This document shows positions 50,793-63,754 of a DNA stretch of 64,000 nucleotides, piece by piece. This stretch comes from Callorhinchus milii (lineage: Eukaryota): NCBI RefSeq assembly GCF_018977255.1, contig NW_024704742.1, positions 31,126,001 to 31,190,000 on the forward strand, given 5' to 3'. The position numbers were made by a program, and so were the translations under genes. Below the pieces are notes generated by a model. It was given only the letters and a program-made list of their open reading frames with translations. It was not told the DNA's origin and did not search any database. Position 1 is the first letter of the stretch. Every line of letters starts with the position of its first letter.

Positions 50793-51102
50793 AATAATAA
50801 TCCTTGCATTTGATATAGCACTTTTCACGTCTTCTAGATGTCCCAAAGCGCTTCACAGAATATACTGTAAAGTGAATTGACTGTATATTTGTGGACGAAC
50901 GCGGCAGCCAATTGCGCACAGCAATGTCCCACAAACAGTCGTGGATTGAAAATGACCAATTTATTATTGTTTTGTTTTTTGGAGGGATTATTATTAGGCG
51001 TGTGGAGTAAGGAAACTTGCCCAAGGTTTCGTCCTGCCTGGAATTGAACTCAGGTCTCTCACTTGCAAAGCGAGTGCTCTAACCACTGAGCTACAGGACT
51101 CC
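50793..51102 (-). mobile_element. tRNA-derived SINE, full length
   Basis: Colinear with the other copies. Confidence 0.9.
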
Positions 51103-52339
51103 ACGTTTCACTGTCCCAGTGTAATGGTTTAAACACCGAAGGGCTAGATGGTATCTTACTGCAGGCCGTGTCCCATTGTACCTTTCACAGCACTATTTAA
51201 ATAATTCTATTTATTTTGTTAATTTTCCATCATTTCATATTGAACAAGGGCTAAGAAGACTTTGATATCAAACTATGAATGCCTCACCCTTTTCTTCACA
51301 GGTGTTTTGTCACCACTTATCAATTGGCCTGGAGGGAGGAGGGGTTGGATGAATGAGGGAGCAGGGAGGAAAGGAAAGGAAGTTTAGTGAAATGTTATTG
51401 GGAAGAGATGCAGCACAAGATGTTCCTGACAGGTTATGTAGATAGTTTACATTTCTAACCTGTGTTACTCTTCTAATGTTATAAGAGCCCCACAATTATA
51501 CCATTTTGCTCCTGTTCTGTTACCTGTATAAACAGCTGAGTGAAGCTTTGCTGTTCACGCCACAGAGTGTGTTCTTGCTGATTCACATCAGAGGTAGAAA
51601 CAGCATTCCTGCAGGGCTGGATTAAGGGATCTGACGGCTATAAACCAAATCACTTTTGGGAGCCCTTCATGAAAAAAGCATGTGACGATTCATGAGGGAT
51701 GCCAGCGCCGAAAAACATAAAACAACCCACAGTCCCATTATTGGTATCATTTCCCAATTTCCTGAGTAGCCTGTCCACCCTGCTGGTTTCATATCTGGGG
51801 CCCCTCAATCCTCGGGGACATAAATCATGGTTTATAGGCTAATCCGGCTTTGCGATGCTGGTGAAGTCAGTTGTTGTGTGCAGTCAGGACAGTGAAACCA
51901 TCAATGCACATATAACATACACAACACTCACACACAGAAATATCAAAAAGTATCCCAGGGTTATTGCCCTTTATAAATTTTGAATGTAATTTTCCTTAAA
52001 CCTAAAATAAATATTTTTTTGAAAAATGTCTTTTTTTAACATACAGAATTTGTGAAAGATCTAATGACCTGCACTAATTCACTACTGAAATTAAATTTTC
52101 CTTCCAAATAGCAGTGAGTCTTGTTTCCCCATAGTGTTGCACTTTTGATTAGGGAACTTAGTAGATATAGCTGGCTGCCGTCATAATGTGGTGCTTTGGA
52201 TCCATAAGCCCAGATCCCAAATTGTAACAGGGCCCATTATAAAATAGCCATCATTCTGGACACTGTTATCTGTTATTCTGGTTGCAGATGCAATATATAA
52301 TTTGCTAATTGTCACCGGTGATACTTCGCACACAATCTA

Positions 52340-52750
52340 AGAATCCTTACATTTGATATAGCACTTTTACGTTGGGATGATACCTCAAAGCACTTGACAG
52401 GATATATTGTAAAGTGTAGTGACTGTGTATTTTGTGGGCGAATGTGGCAGCTGAATTGCACACAACAATGTCCCAGAAACAGCCATGAGATGAATGAACA
52501 ATTTTGTTTGGTGGATTATTGGGTAGGACACCGGGAGAAATGTCCTTCTCTTTTTGACTAGAGTCATGGGATCTATAACGTCTACAGACTCGGTTTCATG
52601 TCTAATGTGAAGGACGTCACCTTCAGCATTGCAGCGCACCCCCAGCACTGCATCAGGATGTCAGACAGTTATGAGTTCCAAGTTTCAACGTGGAACTTGA
52701 ACCCACGTCTGACTCTGGAGTGAGAGTGTTACCAACTAAGCTGGGCTGAA
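52340..52750 (-). mobile_element. Deu-domain SINE (SacSINE1-like)
   Basis: Reverse-complement similarity to 50280-50645. Confidence 0.65.
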
Positions 52751-54066
52751 CCACGATATTTATAATAATAATAATAGCAATGCTTGAGTTTGATATAGCG
52801 CTTTTCACATCTTCTCGATGTCTCAAAGCGCTTCACAGAACAGACAGTAAAGTGAATTGACCGTATTTTGCTGTAATTTAGTTAAATGTAGGTTTAAAGC
52901 GAAGGGAGTCGCAAACAGATTTCAATTTGACTTTCTAATTGTGATGGGTCTGAAGGAACTCTGACCTGTTTGGGTTTGCTAATCATAGGGGTGTGTTTGT
53001 TTCCAATGGCGGAATTCCAGGGCTCCTTATCTTCACTGGCTGAACCTAGGATGCGGATAGCTTTTGAAATAATCTGCACCCTTTGCCTTCGCAAACTTTG
53101 CCCCAATCCTAACAGCTTTAATTCTTTAGTTAATTACATGAAACACGAACTGCTTTGTCCAGAATTAATTCCAACAATATTTTAATCCATTGCAGAGCAA
53201 ACGTCAGGCAAGATAAAATGTGTGAGGCCAAATCTGTAACTTAATCTGTCCGGCATTTCCCTGTTCAGTTACAAAATGCTCCAGTATTCCCCTGAGGTCA
53301 GGTTGTCCCATGGATTCCTTGGAGCAATCTTGGCCGTGCATCTGATCAAGATATTGATCGCTAAGCACTTATGGCTATGTCAGCTCGGTTTGCCTGTGTG
53401 ATCACGTCTCCATCATAAAAGGTCTGTTCAGTGACTGGCACAGTTTTATGTTATTTAGGACATGCTGCTTCCTTGTTATTCCAAGGAGGATGTTTTTCAC
53501 CCAAATTCCAATGTTTGAGTGAAAAATGTATTGTGTAATTTGAGCACTTGAAAGCTATCATGTCAAAAACTGCAGTCCAATTAAATCACTATTTAATTGT
53601 CATTTAGTTTTGGGTATGAACACCCTCTCTCTCAATTTTGCCACAATCTTTTAGCCTGAAGTCACCAGTTGTTACCATTGTTTATTGCTGCTTGCAGAGA
53701 TTTCAGTGCTGGAGCAGCCAACATCATCCACATGGTTTGGACTGCATGTTTCACCCAACTGATAGAGATAGGATGAAAGTCAATTAACTGTCTTTGACAA
53801 AAGAATATTAAGATTGTGGTGCACCAGTGGGTACCGTGATAATTCTGTCGTGATAATCTCAACAGAAAAGTGAGACCACGTTAAATGGGTTTGTGTTTGT
53901 GCAATATCTATGTGTAACTGCATACATACGCAAAACATGGTGTAAAGAATAGCAGAGATATTTGCCGATATGTACTTGTGTAGATTGATCCCTGTGTTAC
54001 CAGGATTTGTTAACTACTGTACTGTTAGTGTTACAGTAATCCTAACAAAATACTTTCTGATTTCAG

Positions 54067-54160
54067 GGAAAACAGACCCAAAAAGGGAGGCATATGTGTG
54101 GCAAACCACACCTCACCAATAGACATCGTTATACTAGCCAATGATGGATGTTATGCAATG
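54067..54160 (+). CDS. GPAT3: GPAT3 exon 6 (acyltransferase motif I, NHTSPID)
   Basis: ENRPKKGGICVANHTSPIDIVILANDGCYAM carries the HxxxxD catalytic motif; GTAAGG donor. Confidence 0.96.
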
Positions 54161-54660
54161 GTAAGGAAAGTAACTTTTGAATCCCAATGTGCCTTACAAG
54201 GTGTATTTTGTTTTTGTTTGCAAGATTTGTGGAACAAAATGTCTTACACTATGTTCCTGCTGCACATTTGTGCAGTAATGTTGCCTGTAATTTGATGGGA
54301 AGTAACCAAGGACTACAACTGGGGGTGAAGACACTGTGATTGAAGCCCCCTTATATCACCACCTGGAGGAGATGGTTTTAGGAGCAATCCAATTTGGATA
54401 TCATGGAATACTAATGCAGTGCTACTGGGCGTAGGGATTCTCAGCTCCTATTAACCCTGCAAGCCCAAACCCTAACTGTTATGGTGGTCCTAGCTGAACA
54501 AGCAGCGGGAAAGCTTGCCAGACATTATCAGTGCCAAGCTATGTGGTTTTAGCTGGTTATACTCCAACAGTACCTCAGCCCACACTCCGGGGTACCCAAA
54601 CCTTGGCACTTTCCAACCTATACCTATTACTTTCTGGAATTAGGTAAGCAGGGTGCATTC

Positions 54661-57600
54661 AACAACAACAAAATTACATTTGTATAGGGCCTTTTGTTCC
54701 AAGGGGCTGGACAATCAATGTTTTGGACCTGAGCTGTGGGTCGGGATTGGGAGGATGGAGGGCAGTGGGGGAAGGAAGGTGACCGAAGGCAAGGTCAAAG
54801 AGGAGGGTCTTGAGACTGGTCTTGAAGGCGACATGGGAGAGGCGAGGCGGGGATCTGTGGGATGAAGTTCCAGAGGGTGGGGGCAGAAGGCCCACCAACC
54901 AATGGTGGGGTGGGCGAGGCGGGGGATGTGAAGCAGGCCGGAGCCTGCTGAACGGAGGGAGCGGGCAGGTTGGTAGGGGGTTAGAAGGTCGCAGAGATAG
55001 GGGGGAGCATGGAGGGCTTTGAAGGTGAGGACCAGGATCTTGAACTGTATCCTCTGTGTGATGGGAAGCCAGTGAAGTCAGGCGAGTATGGGGGTGATAG
55101 GGTCGCAGAGCCTGGAGCAGTAGAGGACACAGGCTGCAGAGATCTGGATGATTTGCAGCCTATGGAGGGAGGAATTGGGGAGCCCAATAAAAAGGAAGTT
55201 TGCGCAGTCGAGCCTAGATGTTATTAATGTGTATATGAGGGTCTCGGCAGTCTGTAATGTGAGGTAGTGGCAGACTCGAGCGATGTTCCCGAGGTGGGGG
55301 AGGCAACAACAACAACAAGATTCCATTTATAGAGCACCTTTCACGTCAGGAGGACGTCCCAAGGCGCTGTACAGTTGGGTCAGGACCCGAGCAGAGGGGA
55401 AATGGTCAGGGTGAGGGAAGGGAAGGGAGGGAGCGAGGAGGGGGTAGAGAGTCGAGAGGGGAGCCGAGGGCTCGGTCAAAGAGAAAGGTCTTGAGACCAG
55501 CCTTGAAGGAGGAAAGGGAGGAGGCGGCGAAGGCACTGGGGGATAGAGTTCCAGAGCCTAGGGGCTGAGAGGCTGAAGGCCCGGCCACCGATGGTAGGGC
55601 GGTTGGGGCGGGGGATGTGGAGCAGACCAGAGCCAGAGGAACGGAGGGTACGGGCAGGTAGGTAGGGAGATAGTAGGTCAGAGAGGTAGGGGGGACCAAG
55701 GCCGTGAATGGCCTTGTAGGTGAGGATGAGGATCTTGAATTTGATCCTCTGGGGGATGGGGAGCCAGTGGAGGCGAGCGAGGGTGGGAGTGATGTGGTCG
55801 CGAAGCCTGGTGCGGGACAGTACACGAGCTGCAGAGTTCTGAATGACCTGCAGCTTGTGGAGGGAGGAGCCGGGAGGGCCGGCGAGTAGAGAGTTCCCAT
55901 AGTCCAGCCTTGAGGCGATAAAGGCGTGGACCAGGGTTTCAGCAGCGTGAGGGGTGAGGTAGTGCCGTAGTCTGGCGATATTCTGGAGGTGATGGAAGGC
56001 AGTGCCAGTTGTGGCGCGGATATGAGGGAGAAAGGACAGCTCAGGGTCGAACAGAACACCGAGATTCCTGACCGGCTTTGAGAGGTGGAGAGTACAGCCT
56101 TGGATGCCGATGCTGTCAGAGCCTGAGGTGCGGAGGCGCTGACGCGAGCCAATCAGGAGGGCCTCAGTTTTACGCACGTTGAGCTGAAGAAAGTTGTCTC
56201 TCGTCCAGGACTCGATGTCGGACAGGCAGGCTGTCAGGACATCGGTGGTCGTGGAGTTGAGGGTAGAGGAAGAAAGGTAGAGTTGGGTTTCATCTGCATA
56301 CATGTGGAAGTTAACCCCATGTCTGCAGATGATGTCACCAAGGGGGAGCATATAGAGGGTGAAAAGGAGGGGACCGAGGACAGAGCCTCAGAGCAGAGTG
56401 GAACATGGCATGGATGTGATGTAGGAAGGATAGTTGAGGGTCAAACAAGACATCAAGGTTTCGGTCTGATCAGTGCGGTGATACTGTCAGTACCTGAGGT
56501 GTGAAGGCGCTGACAAGAGCCAAGCAGGAGGATCTCAGTCTTGTTGACGCTCAACTGCAGAAAGTTAGCTCTCATCAGGACTTGATGTCTGACAGACATT
56601 CTGTCAGGACAGCAGTGGTCCTGAAGTCAAGGGTGGAGGCAGAGAGATGAGAGTTGGGTGTCATCTGCATCCGCAGGTGGAAATTGACCCCATGTCTGCA
56701 GATGATGTGACCAAGAGGGAGCATATAGGTATTGAAAAGAAGGGAACCAAGGACAGAGCCCTGAGGAAGTCTGCACAAGATGGTTTGCGGGCTAGAGGAG
56801 AAGCCATTTGTGGAGATGAAGTGGAGACGGTGTGAGAAGTAGGATCTGAACCATTTAAGGCAGAACCTTGAAGGTTGAGGTGAGAGGAGAGGTGGTGGAG
56901 GAGGATAGAATGGTCAATGGTATTGAGGCAGCAGAGAAGTCAAAGAGGATGAGGAGGCAGGGGGAGCCCTGTTTGCAGATGGACAAAATGTCATTTGTCA
57001 CTGCGACCAAAACTGTTTCTGTGCTGTGGGCAGCACTGAAACTCGATTGGAGGGGTTGTTGAAGGGAGTGGTGGGAGAGGAAGGAGCAAAGCTGGGACGC
57101 AACGATTCATTCCAGGAATTTGGAAAGGGAGGTTGGAGGTGGGCTGGTAGTTTGAGAGCAGGGACAGGACCAGGGAGGGTTTTTTTAAGGATAGGAATGA
57201 TGATGGACGTTTTTAGAGTGGTGGGAACTGTGCCAGTGGACAGGGATTGTCTGAGTAGGGGAGAAAGGAGATGCTGCAGGGAGGTAAGAAGAGGTGTAGG
57301 AATGGGGTAGAGGAAGCAGGTGGTCGGTTTCATATTGGTTATGGTGGTGATGAGAGAGAAGTCGAAGACAGGTTCGAAGATGTGGAGGGAGGGATGGGTT
57401 GGAGCTGCGATGTGAGGGGGAGATGGGGAGGGGGTAGTAGACGGAAGGGCAGCTGAGTGGATCCTCTTGACTTTGGTATAGAGGAAGTCCAGCATCTCCT
57501 CGCAGTTGGTGTTGGAGGAAAGGATGGGTGACGTGTGAGAGGGTTGGTGGCGGAGCCGGTTGGTGATGGAGAAGAGAAGCCTGAGCTTGTCCTTGGCCTC

Positions 57601-58194
57601 CAAGATTGTCTTGGGCGTAGAAGGATTATTTAGTGAAAGTGAGTAGGCACGGTAAGATTTAATAAGGTCCAGCCATTTCTGTCGATTCACTGTTAAGTTG
57701 CATTTGAGCTAGGTGCGTTCAGCGGCACGCAACTGAGCCTTAAGGAAGTGGAGGTGGCTGGTATATCTGGATGACTTCCGTGAGTAGGAGACAGTTCGGG
57801 AAATGAAGGGGGCAAGGGCATCAAGAGTGGTGGAGAGGGAGTTGTGGATGAGAGTGACCTAGGAGAATAGGTCATTGCAGGAAGAAGCCCAGAGGGGGAG
57901 GAGTTCAGCTGATTCCAAGGTAGTGGAGTGAGAGAGGGTGGGTCATTTTTTTTTCAGGGGGTGGTAGGAGATGGGTTGGGTGGCTGTAGGGAGAGGAATT
58001 GAGAAGTTAAGGGAGATGATGTAATGGTCCGAGATGGCTTTGTTGGTGATGGTGAGGTCTGAGATGTTGAGACCCAGGGTAACCACCAGGTCAAGCGGGT
58101 GGATGTGGTGGGTGGAAGTGGAGGGAGAGGTTATGAGAAGAGAGAGGAGAAGTCAGCAGAGAGGCTTCTCCTCCAGCGGAAAGAGAAGAAGTCA
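54661..58194 (-). mobile_element. Older degenerate L2-type LINE (end of endonuclease, RT and 3' tail), interrupted by a younger L2
   Basis: APE C-terminal ISDHY motif near 58020-58040 and RT motifs at 56575-57150; GCATTC duplicated at 54655-54660 and 58195-58200. Confidence 0.85.
55305..56388 (-). mobile_element. Younger 5'-truncated L2-type LINE nested in the older L2
   Basis: Largely uninterrupted 291-aa ORF ([25 protein letters not shown]...[15 protein letters not shown]...APRLWNSIP) with its own (TTG)n tail at 55305-55318. Confidence 0.9.
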
Positions 58195-60732
58195 GCATTC
58201 CTACCAGAAGAGCGCACACGTTCCAGACACCAAGAAATTTCCATTTGTAAGTGGCACATATATGTGGAACTCTCAGTAAAAGCACACTCTGGGGATACCA
58301 AACCTTGGCTCTTATCAACTTATGCTTAGAATTAGGTAAGCAGAGTGCTCCCCTTCAGACACAGGGAAATTACCATACGCAGATAATATACATATGTGGA
58401 ATTATCAGTTTGGTTTGGATACTATTAAGCATGGTGATAGGTTTCCCTACATGTCAGACATGTGGTTGAACCAAAAACAATTGAATGCGGTGGGTGTAAG
58501 CTGAACAACCCTTTGAAATCTTTTCAGACCAAAATTAGAGTTTATTTTGACAGTCTATTCCAAGTGATGGCGAGCCAGAAAAAAAAAAGTAGGGTTTCCC
58601 AGTGCCTGCTTCCAGCAGTATTAACCTTTCTGAATAAGAGTCCACTTTTCACCTATGTTTCACGTGAATGTTTCAGTGAGAAGTAAAATTGCTGTTTTGG
58701 CCACCTTTGTTTTGTCTCGTTTACAATAAAGTTATGCACCAAAGTAATGCACATTTTTACAGAGTATTATTATCCCCTCTTCCTCTCTTTACCTTGTTTT
58801 AAATGTGGTTGATCCAAGGCCTTTGCTGCTTTGAGCTGGTCACTGCATGGTGTGCAGGACCAGAATGGTTGGCTCTTCCTTGCCCTCCTTCCTGTCCCCG
58901 TCCTGTGGAATCCACATTACCTCGCCTGGTGGGGTGGATATCTGAGCGGGACTGATTGAGAGCCCTGTGCTGATACCACAAGTTTGGCTCTCGTTTCCTA
59001 GCACCATGGAAATGCTAACTATGAAATGCAACTTGTGCGTGTCGAAAGGAATGGCTGGATTGGTCTCTAGGAGATTCTGCTGAATGCCTTCAACATTAGG
59101 ATGGGGGAGGAATTTGCAAGAGCTTTGTCTTGGTTTCACCTGAGGTTGGTGACGTCCCTCAGTAGTGCGAGTGCATTTGACAGATGCCGTAGTGAAGCCT
59201 TTAACAGCATATACGTAGCCTTTGGAGCGAATGAACTTGAAGGGTCACGTATTCTTTTCCCATTACAGACAGTCTTCATATTCAGCCTCCTTCACGCCAC
59301 CCCCACTCCCCCAGGTTTTCAGCCTTTCTGCCACCACTCTCTGGAACTCCATCCCTTCAACTCCCTCTCTCCCCTTGTTCAAGGTCTGTCTCAAAATTTA
59401 CTTCTTTGATTGGGTTTTTGGTCTTCTCCCTACTCACTCCCCTCAGCTCCTAACCCCAGCTTGTGTGTCATGCCATTAGACGCTGTATAAATTCACATGT
59501 ACACAGCGCCTTTCACATCAGAAGCAGAGAGAGAGCATCCCAAAACACTTAACAGTAATTGTATTTTCTGACCTGTCTGAGTTGCTATGGCGTGCCCCCA
59601 ATTGATTTAATCTGAAATAAACGAATAATCACTGGTGAAACTTCTTTAAAAAAAACATCAGAATATGTCAGGCGAGTAAACATTCCTCTCTTAAAATTAT
59701 TCCATCACTGGATAATTGGATTCAAACTCTAGGCTGCGTTGGACATTCCAACCCACATTATTCGAGCTGGACTAGTTGCACAACACAGGTGAATCTTCAA
59801 TCCTCACAGGATTGGAGCCATCGCAGTGTGTCTAAATTTATTTTTCCCTTCAATCTTGTTGATCAGCTTTTTTTTTAAAAAAGGAAGCAGTTCCACAAGC
59901 CCTTTAGTTTTGTGTGAGTGTGTAGTTTGTTTAATTTTTATGCCTACGGCCTCTATTTACGTTCTGGATTAAATAATTCCAGGTGAAACAATTTGGTTAC
60001 ATTTATACGTCCTGCCCCTCTTGGAGTTTTAAGAACATTTTAACAATCCTTGTATTTGGTGTAGCAGCAATAACCCTCAAAATGGCTGGAATCCCTTCAA
60101 AGGGAATTGCTGTCAAGTGCAGTAACTGTATAATTTGTAATCAACATGATCTTTCCCGCCTCAATCTTTCCACTGGTGAGAAACAATTAATTTTGAATTG
60201 AATTGTTTTAAGTTGTAGGATCATGCTCACCTCCTCTGACTCCAGTGTGAAGTCATACTCTACATATCTGACCTATACTTACTTGCATTGTGGATTCCTA
60301 AGACAAATTTGCTCCAATTCATCTTCAGTCTTCATTTATGCATTGCACAATTTAATAGATCTCCCATTTCCTTATTCTCTCACACATTTCTGCCACGTCA
60401 AGACTTAAAGGACCTATCTAGCTTTCAGTAGTCTGTCTGCTTATTACACACCTGAATATTTCTGTGGAGTTTGACTCCTTTGACCAAACTACAATCATTT
60501 TTTTCTATTGCCTTCATTTCCCTTTTAGAAAGATTACAAAGAATGTACAGTACAGAAACAAGCCACTTGGTCAAACCAGTCCATGCCAGTGTTTTCACTC
60601 CACACAAGTTTATACTCCATCCTTACTCCTGTCATACTCTTCTATTCCCCTCTCCCTCATGTAAAGGTCCAGCTTCCTGCTGAATGCACCTACACTGTCT
60701 GATTCAAAACGTTGCTTCAGGCAGAAAATCTG

Positions 60733-60804
60733 TGGAGATGCCGGGGATTGAACCCGGGACCTCATACATGCAAAGCATGCGCTCTACCACTGAGCTACAT
60801 CCCC
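60733..60804 (-). tRNA. tRNA-Ala (anticodon TGC)
   Basis: GGGGATGTAGCTCAGTGGTAGAGCGCATGCTTTGCATGTATGAGGTCCCGGGTTCAATCCCCGGCATCTCCA: 72 nt, full cloverleaf, G3:U70 alanine identity pair, A and B boxes, TTTT a few bases downstream. Confidence 0.92.
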
Positions 60805-61214
60805 ATTTAGTTCTCTGTAGGACTGAAGTTCTGAGCTTTAAGGACTATTTTGCCTTAAAATTAAGTTGTGCGGAACGGCAGAAAATGTTTTAATCCAGTC
60901 TTAATTCAGAAAAGTTTTTTTTAAGAACTGCAGAAAAACAGCTTTCAAACTTTAAAAATGTAGTGTAGTGACTACATTTTTGTAGGTGAAGTTTGTGTGC
61001 AGCAGTGTCCCACAAACAGCCAAAATGTGAATGACCGATTTTATCTGGGGGATTGTTGGCCAGGAAACAGGGAGAAATTTCCTTCTCTTTTCAAATGGTG
61101 ACACGGGATCTATAATGTTCACCTGAACTGAGCGAGAGAATATTATGTAAAACTGGATTAGAATCTGTTAAGGAATAGGACTGAGAGCTTGTAAACATAA
61201 TAATAGATGATTGA

Positions 61215-61568
61215 ATGCTTACTTTGCAAGTGAGAGACCTGGGTTCGATTCCCAGCAGGGTGAAACCTTGGGCAAGTTTATTTACTCCACACGCCTGATG
61301 ATAATCCCTCAAATAAAAAACAATAATAAATTGGTCATTTCAATCCACGACTGTTTGTGGGACACTGCTGTGCGCAATTGGCTGCCGTGTTCGCCCACAA
61401 ATATACAGTCAATTCACTTTACAGTGTTTTCTGTGAAGCGCTTTGGGACGTCCTCCCGACGTGAAAAGCGCTATATCAAATGCAAGGATTATTATTATTC
61501 TGTGAAGTGCTTTGAGACGTCGAGAAGATGTGAAAAGCACTATATCAAATGCAAGGATTATTATTATT
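61215..61568 (+). mobile_element. tRNA-derived SINE with tandemly duplicated 3' tail
   Basis: The tail TCTGTGAAG.GCTTTG.GACGTC...AAATGCAAGGATTATTATT occurs twice. Confidence 0.85.
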
Positions 61569-62869
61569 ACTCCAAGTATAGCATACCATTGATGGATCGT
61601 ATCAGTTAAGTTTATGCAGGATTTCCTAAAGGAAACAGACTTAATGAGAGACATTTTGATGCCTTACTAATGTTCTGATGAAGTATTTTCATAGCACATG
61701 TTAACTTTGCTAAAGAGTTGTATGTATGGATTGCTTTTGCCCTTAGCATGTATTACTATATCGAATGCGTCTATGCAGTGTTCACTGGAATCATAAGGGA
61801 TAATATTCCCTCACCATTTAGTTGAACGATTTTAAGGATGTGCTCATAATGGGAAAATTGCACATTGTGAAAATCACTGAACTTGGTGTCAGTGCTGAAT
61901 ATCTTGTCCTGCATGTTCATTCTGAGATTAATAATCTTTTCTGGTGGCCAGGAAAATACTAAATACAATCCAGCATCTGCTCCTGTGCTCTGCTTCACAC
62001 AGTGTGCTGCGAAGTACAGAATTAGTGGTGCTTTCACTTCTCCCTTTGCCTTGCACTTCATTATTGGTGTATTACAATTCCTGAGATTGCTAAAATCCCT
62101 AGGGATTATAACATGATGATTACCTGCCACTCCTTCCTTGCCTAAACAGCTTCCCAAACAGCTCCTGCCTCTTTTTCTCTCAATCTAGTCTTAATTTGGA
62201 AATGGTTCTTTTTTTAAGAACTGCAGAAAAACAGCTTTAAATTTTAAAAATGTAGTGTAGTGACTACATTTTTGTAGGCACTACATTACAAATGTAGTGG
62301 ATGGATATCTCTTTCTAGTCCTTCAATTGACCGTGACCATATAAACTGGCTGTACAGAGCAGATAACAGTTACCATTTTGCACATGCTATATTTCTAGTT
62401 TCTCGCCAGCATACTGCCATATTCCTTATTTTGTAGGTTGCATAAACATTTAATCCTCTAAAATTAAATTCTCATTCTTTTTCTCCTTTCTCCCCAAAAG
62501 GGAAAAACACCTCCGTTCACTCATGTCAATCTTGTACTCACACTCGGAAATAGAATCATAATATTGAGCCCGGTGTTTTTTTTGTGTGTTGTTTCTTTAT
62601 TCAGAGCCATTATAGTGAGATATGTTGCTGGTGTTTGATAAATTACAGTAATAAATGTGACTATATTGTGTAAATGTTTGCACGGATTGCCTGAACTGGT
62701 GGGACGAGTTGCTTGGGTGGGAGGATGCTTTGCGGGCTGAATGCAACCTGTTGTTTGCAAGTTGAAACATGTTTTAAGAGACATTCCCTGATTTTTAATG
62801 TATATTAATATTGATAAAGTTGTTTTGGTCATGGAGAATTATGACCTGTTGGTGTCCTTGCTTGAACAG

Positions 62870-62985
62870 GTTGGACAGGTGCATGGCGGATTGATGGGAA
62901 TTATTCAGAGGTCTATGGTGAAAGCCTGCCCACATGTCTGGTTTGAACGAAATGAGATGAAAGACCGCCATCTGGTAATGAAAAG
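62870..62985 (+). CDS. GPAT3: GPAT3 exon 7; gene continues beyond the right edge
   Basis: VGQVHGGLMGIIQRSMVKACPHVWFERNEMKDRHLVMK; aacag acceptor, GTTAGC donor. Confidence 0.95.
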
Positions 62986-63754
62986 GTTAGCCGCGGCATT
63001 GCTGCTTGTCAAAGCTCCTGAAACACTCCAGTCTTTTCGCATTCCCGCATCCCACTTCCAGAAGAAATGTTGAATTCAAGTCCGAGAACATTGTCGCAGT
63101 GTGATGAGTTTCATTGATGTATTTGATGGGTTTTGGTATGAGTTAGCATTTCAAGAATACAGCTTCAACCCATTATAACACACCTCAGTACACTGAGGAT
63201 CTGCTTATAGCACGGACGGATCTACAGTACTCTGGAAGTGAGGTATGCTTCCAGTATTGACTGGTTGGCTATTAGCATTGACTGGAGGCTTCCTGTTCAT
63301 AAAGGCAGACTCAGAAGGCCAGTGTCCTAGCAACCATTTGTGTGACGTCAGCCTGATAACCTGGAAATATCATTTGTATAGTGCAAGGTGTGGTTTTATA
63401 GATCCATTCATGGGTTGGACCCATTAATCTTGTTTCATTTTAGGACATTTGCAAATAGGGTTTCTTGTGTTAATCACAACTTCCGGTTTGTCAACCTTGA
63501 GTCAGTAAAGTCAAAAAAAAAAGGTTGGGCACAACTCAAAACTACCCTTGATTATTTATCCCAAACAAAGGTGTTCAATTTGCGTGTGAAGCTTAACTGT
63601 ATAAACTGGTAACTGTTGCGTTACAACCATCCTTCCTTCATTGTGGCTGTTATCATACTCTGGTATCTCCTCTGCTTCACCATTGGTAGCCGCACTTTAA
63701 GTCACTGCACCTGAGACTCTGGAGCTCTGCCTCAATCCCTCTTCCTTGCCTCGT

